DNA of 7,540 nucleotides from a virus (Duplodnaviria; Heunggongvirae; Uroviricota; Caudoviricetes): IMG/VR virus record IMGVR_UViG_2660238573_000002; one strand, 5' to 3'. Shown piece by piece: positions 1 to 6,173 of this stretch (position 1 is its first letter; each line of letters starts with the position of its first letter). The notes under the pieces were generated by a model. It saw only the letters and a program-made list of their open reading frames with translations, ran no database searches and was not told where the DNA came from. The position numbers and the translations under genes were made by a program.

Positions 1-55
1 GCGGCGTTTGCCAGCAGTCCTTGTCGTGTGCTGGCGTATTTGATTTGATAGTCAT
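1..55 (-). CDS. 5' end (about 18 codons) of an unidentified nin-region gene, truncated by the window edge
   Basis: ATG at 55-53 on the minus strand overlaps the ninB TGA stop (ATGA overlap at 52-55) and the frame stays open to position 1. Too short to identify. Confidence 0.25.
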   Translation of the reverse strand, partial: MTIKSNTPAHDKDCWQTP

Positions 56-504
56 GCAACCTTCCCTTTTCGTTGTGACCATTCATACTCTCGCCGGGAG
101 TCATCACTCCACCGCACGTTGCGCTCTGAGCCGAACCAGAACATGATTTCGATAAGCTCAGTCATGCTGGCCTTTCGCATTTTGCTGGTACGCACGCCAA
201 GCATGACAACGCCACCATCGATACCAGGCACACTTCGTTGCTCCAGTTTTTTGGTCTTAAGCCACAGGGCAGTGAACAGGTCTTTCCAGTCCTCCGGCGC
301 AAGTCTCTGTCCATGCCAAAGCACCTGACGTGATACGTCCTGCAATAACGCCCACATAAGGCGGTTTTGAGGATTGCTCCGCTTTGGTTCTTTAATGTGG
401 ACTTCGTGAGGTGACTTGTCGTCGATCGGAAGTGAGAGTATTGCGTCTATGGCGTTGTTTCTGATTGCTTCGTTGCGAAGCATGTATATTTGCTTCATTG
501 TCAC
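52..504 (-). CDS. ninB: NinB/Orf-family recombination protein (150 aa)
   Basis: Translation carries the pattern QNRxxWAxLxDVSRQVxWHGxxLxxExWKxxFTA and a C-terminal RWSD motif that I recall from lambda NinB/Orf. Strong SD GAGGTGA lies 5-6 nt upstream of the ATG. Position downstream of the replication genes fits. Confidence 0.85.
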   Translation of the reverse strand: MTMKQIYMLRNEAIRNNAIDAILSLPIDDKSPHEVHIKEPKRSNPQNRLMWALLQDVSRQVLWHGQRLAPEDWKDLFTALWLKTKKLEQRSVPGIDGGVVMLGVRTSKMRKASMTELIEIMFWFGSERNVRWSDDSRREYEWSQRKGKVA

Positions 505-505
505 C

Positions 506-712
506 TCAACTCACAAAACGCCACGCCATTTTTGCTACAGCGACAGGCGCAACACCGATAATCACCCACAGGAAAATGCTACCGAAAAGCACACCAACCA
601 GGTCTTTACCTTCGCCTACCAGCCGGACAAAACTGCTGGCAACCACAATGAACGTCGCCACCATCCACATAGCACCGAGAATCCTCAATGCAGAAAAAAT
701 CAACTCAGCCAC
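506..712 (-). CDS. Small hydrophobic protein (68 aa, two predicted transmembrane helices), GTG start
   Basis: ORF-track protein MAELIFSALRILGAMWMVATFIVVASSF...IFLWVIIGVAPVAVAKMAW is almost entirely hydrophobic in two blocks. GTG start at 712-710 is preceded by SD GGAGAG with a 6-nt spacer. Its stop lies 1 nt before the ninB start. Function unknown. Confidence 0.5.
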   Translation of the reverse strand: MAELIFSALRILGAMWMVATFIVVASSFVRLVGEGKDLVGVLFGSIFLWVIIGVAPVAVAKMAWRFVS

Positions 713-726
713 GATTTACTCTCCCC

Positions 727-759
727 CAAATAAAAAGGCCTGCGATTACCAGCAGGCCT
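727..759 (-). terminator. Rho-independent terminator (tR2-like position) downstream of the replication genes
   Basis: Perfect 8-bp stem AGGCCTGC (736-743) / GCAGGCCT (752-759) with an 8-nt loop. On the minus-strand transcript it is followed by UUUUAUUUG (complement of 727-735). Confidence 0.5.
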
Positions 760-784
760 GTTATTAGCTCAGTGATGTAGATGG

Positions 785-1054
785 TCATTGCTTCATCTCC
801 CTTTCCATTTCATCAATGTCAACGTCATCAGAAAGATGGGAGCAATACGCCGCTATACCATGATGATTTATCTCATACCCTTTGAACGTTACCATCTGGC
901 GCGTAATCTCAACCTCGTTCAGGAATCCGCCATCGCATAACTGCCTGGCTATTTTCGATTTGGTCTGGATTATTGGTAGTGCCTGTTCTTTCAAAGCGTA
1001 TGATATTTGTGCATCCCATGCCTTTTCGAGAATGGCTAATTGTTTTTTATTCAT
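785..1054 (-). CDS. Hypothetical protein (89 aa), translationally coupled to the helicase gene
   Basis: ATG at 1054-1052 overlaps the helicase TGA stop (ATGA overlap). No family recognised from the sequence. Confidence 0.55.
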   Translation of the reverse strand: MNKKQLAILEKAWDAQISYALKEQALPIIQTKSKIARQLCDGGFLNEVEITRQMVTFKGYEINHHGIAAYCSHLSDDVDIDEMEREMKQ

Positions 1055-2427
1055 ACGTCAGCCCCTTGTGCATATCGTCTGCCACGTGCAGCGGGTGCAT
1101 TTGATGCTGTGCAAATCTTTCTGGCTTCATCCTGGTCACATGCAACAAAGTGTCCGTTGCAGAACCGCTGGTAAACCGTACCAAGCGAGCCAAAACGGTT
1201 TTTTGTCACAATGATTTCAGCAAATGGCGCGGCGCTACTGTTCTCGTCATATACCGCTTCCCGATAGAGCATGATGATTGAGTCTGCGTCCTGTTCAATG
1301 CTTCCTGAATCACGCAAATCTGCGTTTGTCGGGCGTTTGTTTGGTCGCTTCTCAACATCGCGCGAAAGCTGACTCAGGGAGATAACCGGTGTTTTCAGGT
1401 CTTTCGCCATCGCCTTAAGGCTTCCGGAGATGTGAGCAATTGCGAGGTCGTTGCGGTCTGCTTTCGGCTTCTCAATCAGGCCAAGATAATCCGCCATGAT
1501 GAGTGACAGGTTTGGATTTTCCTGTTTGTGCCGTTCTGCGATTGAGCGTATTTCTTCGACCGATAACCGCGAGGCATCGACTACCCATACATCCAAATCT
1601 GCAAGCTGACTCATGCCGTTAGCAACACGCGCCCAGCCTTCGTCATCCATCGATGCAGGATTTCGCAGTACGCTAACCGACATCCTCCCGGCGTTGGCAA
1701 TGCTTCGCTCTGCAATCTGCAATGCGCTCATTTCCATTGAGAAAATCAATACCCCGCGCCGGACGTCAGAACCAGGAATAACGCGGCTTGCCACACCTTC
1801 GGCAATCTTCAGCGCCAGTTCGGTTTTCCCCATACCAGGACGAGCGGCGATAATCACCAGGTCTTCCGCGTTCATCCCTCCGGTGATGACATCAAGTTCT
1901 TCGATTCCGGTCTTCAGGGTATCTGACTCTTCTCCGTTCCTCAGGCGCCTGTCAAGCGTGTCAGTGTAGTCAGTGATGATTTCCCCTAACCGTACAGGTT
2001 TAACCTCGTCACGGGGCTTTCTGATGGCTGAAAGACGCTTTACAAGCTCGTCCATCGCCTGACTCGATGTATCGATGGTTCCTCTCTGAATTGGTTCACG
2101 CATTTCGTCCATGATTTCCAGCACCAGACGGCGGTGATAGTTATCCGCGACCATTCCGGCATATCCCTTCAGGTTTGCGGCGCTCGGGCAGTTTTTGCTG
2201 GTCATCAGGATTGACGTGAAATGCTCCTCTCCGCACGCCTCGGCAACCATCAGCGCGTCGATTAGGTTTCTGTTTCTCGCCTGCTTGCGGATAACCTCGA
2301 AGGCTTTCCGGTAGAGCGGAATTGAAAACGCTTCCGGCTCAAGCGTTGCCAGAACGTCACTGGCAGTTGGTGTTAATCCACCAATCAGCAGGCCACCGAT
2401 AACGCTCGCTTCGATATCCTGTCTCAT
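1051..2427 (-). CDS. DnaB-family replicative DNA helicase (phage P22 gene 12-like), 458 aa
   Basis: N-terminal DnaB-like domain ([12 protein letters not shown]...), Walker A motif ARPGMGKT, and a C-terminal RecA-like region. Start overlaps the stop of the O-like gene (ATGA at 2424-2427). Confidence 0.9.
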   Translation of the reverse strand: MRQDIEASVIGGLLIGGLTPTASDVLATLEPEAFSIPLYRKAFEVIRKQARNRNLIDALMVAEACGEEHFTSILMTSKNCPSAANLKGYAGMVADNYHRRLVLEIMDEMREPIQRGTIDTSSQAMDELVKRLSAIRKPRDEVKPVRLGEIITDYTDTLDRRLRNGEESDTLKTGIEELDVITGGMNAEDLVIIAARPGMGKTELALKIAEGVASRVIPGSDVRRGVLIFSMEMSALQIAERSIANAGRMSVSVLRNPASMDDEGWARVANGMSQLADLDVWVVDASRLSVEEIRSIAERHKQENPNLSLIMADYLGLIEKPKADRNDLAIAHISGSLKAMAKDLKTPVISLSQLSRDVEKRPNKRPTNADLRDSGSIEQDADSIIMLYREAVYDENSSAAPFAEIIVTKNRFGSLGTVYQRFCNGHFVACDQDEARKICTASNAPAARGRRYAQGADV

Positions 2428-3245
2428 GCTATCCCCCTGTCTGCAAACTTCCCTTCCCGAACTCCCGTTAACGAATCTTCTCTCAGCAGGTAATCAAAAT
2501 CAGCCGTCCAGCCCGTGTCGTTGTCTCCGAAGTAAAACGGCTTGGCCTGATGCACAAACGCCCTGACATACGCTCTGAAACCGTCCACGTTTGGCGTTTT
2601 CAGTTGTGGGATGATTTTCTTCAGGCGGCGTTTGCGTTTCTCGTTGACCGCAACAGCGTGTGGCAGTCTGTCACCGACTTCGGTGTTGTAGGCGTTCAGG
2701 AAGGATTCGTAGTCGATTCGTTCTGCCTTGCGACGTTCAGGTTTAACCTGCCCATCGCCGCCCCCGTTAGGGGGTAAGGGGGTATTTGTATTTATTGTCT
2801 TTTGTATATTGTCTTTTGTGTTTAGCTGACTTGGCTTATACCCATTAGCCGACTTGGCTAATGTTTTATTAGCTGTTTTAGCTAATGTTAAGCTGTCCTG
2901 GCTAATCCACTGCGAAACCACCTTGTTCACTCCGATTTTCACGCCATCAGCAATGAGGAATTTTCGCTCAATAAGCTGGCGCTTGGCAGCGCAAACATGA
3001 GTGTGATGAATACCTGTCATGGCTGCTATCTGCGTGTTTGTGAGTCGATCCATCGGCTTATTGAATCCGTATGTCTTGCGCATGATAGCGAGCATCACCT
3101 TCAACTGCCGGACGGTTAAATCAGCCATCAGCAGACTGTCGGTAATCTCGTTAGCAACGCGCATGAAACCATCTTCGGTATCTGCCACGCGATGCTCCAC
3201 GACCTCCAGTTGAGGCCTGTAATCAGCTAACTTAACGACGCCCAT
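2424..3245 (-). CDS. Lambda O-like / P22 gene 18-like replication initiation protein (273 aa)
   Basis: N-terminal region ([10 protein letters not shown]...[32 protein letters not shown]) resembles the lambda O N-terminal DNA-binding domain as I recall it. SD AGGAG lies 6 nt upstream of the ATG. Origin-type iterons are embedded in the coding sequence. Confidence 0.85.
   Translation of the reverse strand: MGVVKLADYRPQLEVVEHRVADTEDGFMRVANEITDSLLMADLTVRQLKVMLAIMRKTYGFNKPMDRLTNTQIAAMTGIHHTHVCAAKRQLIERKFLIADGVKIGVNKVVSQWISQDSLTLAKTANKTLAKSANGYKPSQLNTKDNIQKTINTNTPLPPNGGGDGQVKPERRKAERIDYESFLNAYNTEVGDRLPHAVAVNEKRKRRLKKIIPQLKTPNVDGFRAYVRAFVHQAKPFYFGDNDTGWTADFDYLLREDSLTGVREGKFADRGIA
2785..2906. repeat. 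Candidate origin of replication: four dyad-symmetric iterons of about 17 bp plus an adjacent AT-rich region, inside the O-like gene
   Basis: Iterons TAGCTGACTTGGCTTAT (2823-2839), TAGCCGACTTGGCTAAT (2846-2862), TAGCTGTTTTAGCTAAT (2870-2886) and AAGCTGTCCTGGCTAAT (2890-2906), each with internal dyad symmetry (e.g. TAGCC-N5-GGCTA). AT-rich tract TATTTGTATTTATTGTCTTTTGTATATTGTCTTTTGTG lies at 2785-2822 with a G/C-rich block (2761-2784) next to it. The order iterons then AT-rich follows the direction of O transcription, as in lambda ori. Confidence 0.65.
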
Positions 3246-3393
3246 GTTTCACTCCTGCTTTGGCTAGTCTGTAAACACCAACAAGGCGCTCTGCGAACGC
3301 CCTGTTATTTGCTGCGGCTACCACTAATCCCTCAGGTGAATCAGGGTGTCGAATCTCTTCTTTTTCCTGGTATTTCTTACGACGTTTTGTCAT
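3232..3393 (-). CDS. Small basic protein (53 aa) between cII and the O-like gene
   Basis: My own translation of the minus strand gives [60 protein letters not shown] lies 5 nt upstream of the ATG at 3393. The 3' end overlaps the O-like start by 14 nt. Below the ORF-track length cut-off. Confidence 0.4.
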   Translation of the reverse strand: MTKRRKKYQEKEEIRHPDSPEGLVVAAANNRAFAERLVGVYRLAKAGVKHGRR

Positions 3394-3425
3394 AATTACT
3401 CCTGTGGATTGATCCAGTAATTCCC

Positions 3426-3722
3426 TCAGAATTGCATATCAATTTGCTTAAAATCCTCGGTGGCAGCCGGGGATTTTTTCTTTGTGATTTCATCAAGCGC
3501 ATACTTAAAAGCCCTGCTAATCGGACTGATGTCTGATGCCATTCCGAAAGCACACAAGACCGAAGCAATAAACCGCCAGTCCGTTCTGCTTATCTTCGAT
3601 TCATGACAGCCAATCATCTTTGCCAGACCGCGCTGTGTAAGCGTTGACAGGTTGATGAGTAAATCTGTTTCTGCGCGATCAACGTCGCGCTGTGATAGTT
3701 TGCTGTAACTTGTTCGTTCCAT
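3426..3722 (-). CDS. cII: CII-family transcriptional activator (98 aa)
   Basis: Same length and layout as lambda CII (97 aa). C-terminal KKKSPAATEDFKQIDMQF matches lambda KKRPAATERSEQIQMEF as I recall it. Sits between cro and the O-like gene. Confidence 0.85.
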   Translation of the reverse strand: MERTSYSKLSQRDVDRAETDLLINLSTLTQRGLAKMIGCHESKISRTDWRFIASVLCAFGMASDISPISRAFKYALDEITKKKSPAATEDFKQIDMQF

Positions 3723-3732
3723 TTCTTAAGAT
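3700..3732 (+). promoter_or_regulatory. PRE-like CII-activated promoter (TTGC-N6-TTGT) inside the first codons of cII, reading toward cI
   Basis: TTGCtgtaacTTGT at 3700-3713 on the plus strand, ending 6 nt before the cII start codon complement (CAT 3720-3722). Lambda has TTGCgtttgtTTGC in the same register. Downstream TAAGATTTCC resembles the lambda PRE -10 region. Confidence 0.45.
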
Positions 3733-3759
3733 TTCCAATAGTGAATAGTTAGTTGAAAG

Positions 3760-3779
3760 GTATGCGTGGAAACGCATAT
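3760..3779 (-). other. Palindromic hairpin in the nutR-cII interval (position of lambda tR1)
   Basis: ATGCGT-GGAA-ACGCAT at 3762-3777, extendable to about 8 bp. No U-tract follows, so if it acts as a terminator it is probably Rho-dependent. Confidence 0.3.
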
Positions 3780-3807
3780 GGCCTTAGTTGGTCAGATATC
3801 TTGGGAC

Positions 3808-3853
3808 TCGCTTTTCAGCGACGTAGGACGAATGTCCGTTGTTACAAAGAGCG
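3808..3853 (-). promoter_or_regulatory. nutR-like N-utilisation site (boxA plus boxB)
   Basis: Minus-strand boxA CGCTCTTTGTAACAA (complement of 3839-3853), a 17-nt spacer, then boxB hairpin UCGC-UGAAAA-GCGA (complement of 3808-3821). It lies immediately downstream of cro and is mirrored by the nutL candidate at 6458-6502. Confidence 0.55.
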
Positions 3854-3863
3854 GCTCCGCTTA

Positions 3864-4079
3864 TTAAGCGGCTTTGTGCTCCGGCGGGAACACGTCATCA
3901 AGACTTACTTTTGCGCCTAACTTGTTTAGACACGCAACAAGAGCACGGCATGTTTTAAGGTCTGGGAAGCGACGACCAGATTCCCAATGTCCGATAGCTC
4001 CCTGTGTGCATCCAACTGCCTTAGCAAGTGTTGTTTGAGAGATATTCAGTGACTCTCGATATTTTCGTAGGTTGCTCAT
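3864..4079 (-). CDS. cro: Cro-like HTH repressor (71 aa)
   Basis: Divergent from cI across the operator region. HTH segment QTTLAKAVGCTQGAIGHWESG closely parallels the c[25 protein letters not shown], consistent with shared operators. SD GGAGGG lies upstream. Confidence 0.8.
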   Translation of the reverse strand: MSNLRKYRESLNISQTTLAKAVGCTQGAIGHWESGRRFPDLKTCRALVACLNKLGAKVSLDDVFPPEHKAA

Positions 4080-4104
4080 ATGCCCTCCATAGTAACCACG
4101 AATA

Positions 4105-4185
4105 AAAAATACAATATGTACTTCTCAAATACAAGTAAAAATACACATTGTGCATGGATGGTTCCAGTACAGAGCGTAATAATAA
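4105..4185. promoter_or_regulatory. OR-type operator region with divergent PR (minus) and PRM (plus) candidates
   Basis: Three AATACA(A/C) half-sites at 4108, 4128 and 4140. Near-palindromes TACAATATGTA (4110-4120) and TACACATTGTG (4142-4152). Candidate PR on the minus strand: -35 TTTACT (4139-4134), 17-bp spacer, -10 TATTGT (4116-4111). Weak PRM candidate -10 TAATAA at about 4177-4182. Confidence 0.55.
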
Positions 4186-4195
4186 GGACATGAAA

Positions 4196-4849
4196 ATGAA
4201 ATGGTATGAACTGGCTAGATCCAGAATGAAAGAGCTCGGCATAACTCAAGAGAAGTTAGCCGAAGAGCTAGGTATGACGCAGGGTGGAATTGGACACTGG
4301 TTGCGCGGATCTCGTCATCCATCTCTTAGTGATATTGGTGTGGTGTTTAAATACCTTGGTATTGATAACATATCATTCAACCACGACGGGACATTTTCAC
4401 CTGTTGGCGAATACTCATCGGCCCCAGTTAAAAAACAATATGAGTACCCTGTTTTTTCTCATGTTCAGGCTGGGATGTTCTCTCCAGAACTCAGAACCTT
4501 TACCAAAGGTGATGCGGAGAGATTGGTAAGCACAACCAAAAAAGCCAGTGACTCTGCATTCTGGCTTGAGGTTGAAGGTAACTCAATGACCGCACCAACA
4601 GGTTCCAAACCTAGTTTTCCTGACGGGATGTTAATTCTGGTTGACCCTGAGCAAGCTGTTGAGCCCGGCGATTTCTGCATAGCCAGACTTGGTGGTGATG
4701 AATTTACCTTCAAGAAACTGATCAGGGATAGCGGTCAGGTGTTTCTACAACCACTAAACCCGCAATATCCAATGATCCCATGCAATGAGAGTTGTTCCGT
4801 TGTGGGGAAAGTTATCGCCAGCCAATGGCCTGAAGAGACGTTTGGGTAA
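4196..4849 (+). CDS. cI: CI repressor with LexA-like S24 autopeptidase C-terminal domain
   Basis: C-terminal roughly 130 aa ([28 protein letters not shown]...GNSM...FKKL...[12 protein letters not shown]) matches lambda CI as I recall it, including the Ala-Gly cleavage site and the Ser/Lys dyad. The N-terminal HTH domain is different. Start chosen at ATG 4196 (SD AAGGA, 7-nt spacer); ATG 4190 and TTG 4148 are alternatives. Confidence 0.9.
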   Translation: MKWYELARSRMKELGITQEKLAEELGMTQGGIGHWLRGSRHPSLSDIGVVFKYLGIDNISFNHDGTFSPVGEYSSAPVKKQYEYPVFSHVQAGMFSPELRTFTKGDAERLVSTTKKASDSAFWLEVEGNSMTAPTGSKPSFPDGMLILVDPEQAVEPGDFCIARLGGDEFTFKKLIRDSGQVFLQPLNPQYPMIPCNESCSVVGKVIASQWPEETFG

Positions 4850-5223
4850 AGAGGATAGATGGAGTTTAATGGCCATGAGTATCAAGCGGTCAAAAAGAAG
4901 TTCATCTATTCATTGAAAGCATAAGGCCATCTGAGTATATCCGTAATGATCTGGATATTGTCTATAACATCAATGACCGGACGATAGATATCGGTGAGCA
5001 GCGTCCTGTATGGCAGGGTGAGGCAGGTGAAAAAACGTCCTGCCATCAACAAGAATCAAGTGCATCCGCTCTCTGGACAGATGGAAAATTTATTGGATGC
5101 AAAAAGATATGAAATAACACCTGTATAGCACGGAGCTTTCTCTGACCGATGCACTTGAAGTTGTTAGGGCTGACCCAGCCTGCTGTTTCTTTAGGTAAGA
5201 GAAAAGAGATTTAGGAGATGAAA

Positions 5224-5250
5224 GGTCGCAGAGGTGCGGCCTTTTTTATT
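5224..5250 (+). terminator. Rho-independent terminator downstream of cI
   Basis: 7-bp stem GGTCGCA/TGCGGCC (one G-U pair) with loop GAGG at 5224-5241, followed by TTTTTTATT. Confidence 0.6.
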
Positions 5251-5259
5251 GAGAGTGGA

Positions 5260-5320
5260 TCTTGAACGGAAATTCTCAAGACTTGAGTCTTGCATGCAAA
5301 TCAATTCCTGGATAAACTCG
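5260..5320 (+). promoter_or_regulatory. Cluster of dyad symmetries and candidate promoter upstream of the 173-aa ORF
   Basis: TCTTGA-N10-TCAAGA (5260-5281), perfect palindrome CTCAAGaCTTGAG (5275-5287), perfect palindrome TTGCATGCAA (5290-5299). Possible -35 TTGCAT (5290-5295) with -10 TAAACT (5313-5318). The promoter assignment is weak. Confidence 0.3.
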
Positions 5321-5350
5321 ATCTGAGTCAATAACTTAGAGAGAGAGCAA

Positions 5351-5872
5351 ATGGCAAAGTCAAACGTTAGCGTGCAGGCATTCAAGGACTTCCTTGAAGA
5401 GCTTATGTCGCTGAACATAATGAAGGAGGCCACCGCTCGAAATTTAAAAAACTCATCCGCTCGCCTCTTAACGGTAGTCCAAGAAGAGGAAATGGGTGAT
5501 GTTACTCAGCTTGATGTGAATGAGCTTGCCGAGCGATACATCAACGCAACTGAGCCGAAGCCTAGCGACAGCAGCATTACTGCATATAAAAGCCGCATGG
5601 AAAGTGCAATCAAAAAGTTTGTAGCTTTCCAGTCTGGTGAAGAAATCCCATACACTCCGATTGACAAAGAATCCAGTGAGGAAAAAGATTTGACTGGCGA
5701 ACCAACAAAAGTCGAAGGCAAGGCTAATGCACTTCATACCTATGATCTTCCAGTAGTTCTTCGACCTGAATCAGGGGTTACAGTAACGATTAAAGGCATT
5801 CCTAACGATATCACAAACGAAGAAGCCGAACGCATCTCTTCAATTCTGAAGGTTTACGTTCGGCCTCAATAA
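5351..5872 (+). CDS. Hypothetical acidic protein (173 aa) in the cI-PL interval (rexAB slot); function unknown
   Basis: Uninterrupted ORF with a purine-rich leader, bracketed by terminators at 5224-5250 and 6174-6204. Appears more AT-rich than the neighbouring core genes by eye. No family motif recognised in the translation. Confidence 0.7.
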   Translation: MAKSNVSVQAFKDFLEELMSLNIMKEATARNLKNSSARLLTVVQEEEMGDVTQLDVNELAERYINATEPKPSDSSITAYKSRMESAIKKFVAFQSGEEIPYTPIDKESSEEKDLTGEPTKVEGKANALHTYDLPVVLRPESGVTVTIKGIPNDITNEEAERISSILKVYVRPQ

Positions 5873-6045
5873 TGCAAAAGCATTCAGCACAATGTCCAAC
5901 TCCCCAGTCCGACATTGATGCTGTTTAACCAGAGCCTCCAAAAGGAGCCCTTGTTAAGGTACACAATATTTGCGATGTAACCTTAGCGCGTCTGGTACAT
6001 TTTTTCAAGCGGTTGTAGGGCTGCCGCCAATATGAGAAAACACAG

Positions 6046-6168
6046 ATGTCTACATACAATTTGAATGACCAATTCGATCGAGAAGTTCATGTGAATGCCT
6101 ATGAACGGATAAGGTATGGAAATCTTGAACATGTGTGTGAGCATTATCGCTCAAGGCCACACCGCTAA
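6046..6168 (+). CDS. Possible small ORF (40 aa) immediately upstream of a strong terminator
   Basis: My own translation: MSTYNLNDQFDREVHVNAYERIRYGNLEHVCEHYRSRPHR. Weak SD. Stop lies 6 nt before the terminator stem. May instead be part of a non-coding 3' region. Confidence 0.25.
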   Translation: MSTYNLNDQFDREVHVNAYERIRYGNLEHVCEHYRSRPHR

Positions 6169-6173
6169 TCATC

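Noticed and set aside
119-328. 69-aa plus-strand ORF
   Set aside because: Entirely antisense to the well-supported ninB gene. No RBS and low-complexity translation.
416-767. Two overlapping plus-strand ORFs (105 aa and 100 aa)
   Set aside because: Antisense to ninB and to the 68-aa membrane ORF and spanning the terminator palindrome. Pro/Thr/His-rich translations typical of shadow frames.
882-1969. Plus-strand ORFs 882-1214 and 1613-1969
   Set aside because: Antisense to the 89-aa ORF and the DnaB-family helicase gene. Shadow ORFs.
2550-3213. Plus-strand ORFs 2550-2777 and 3019-3213
   Set aside because: Antisense to the O-like gene, which has strong family support.
3245-3430. Search for an oop-like antisense RNA (plus strand) at the cII/O junction
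   Set aside because: No convincing promoter plus intrinsic terminator pair was found. Only a weak CCCT/AGGG hairpin with a distant T-rich tract (about 3331-3356).
3377-3568. 63-aa minus-strand ORF
   Set aside because: Overlaps cII in a different frame. The cII frame has clear family support.
4148-4195. N-terminal extension of cI from a TTG start at 4148
   Set aside because: The TTG start lacks an SD and would place the operator and promoter region inside the coding sequence. ATG 4196 has SD AAGGA with a 7-nt spacer; ATG 4190 remains possible.
4021-4242. 73-aa minus-strand ORF spanning the cro start and the operator region
   Set aside because: Runs across the cro-cI regulatory region and into the cI 5' end. 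Hydrophobic junk-like translation with no RBS.
4284-4713. ORFs 4284-4529 (plus) and 4465-4713 (minus)
   Set aside because: Alternative-frame or antisense overlaps within cI.
5217-5264. 15-aa ORF (MKGRRGAAFFIESGS) with SD AGGAG
   Set aside because: Its codons are the terminator stem-loop and T-tract, so the SD-like match is most likely fortuitous.
5191-5737. Minus-strand ORFs 5191-5433, 5468-5737 and 5506-5721
   Set aside because: Antisense to the 173-aa ORF or crossing its promoter and terminator. No RBS.
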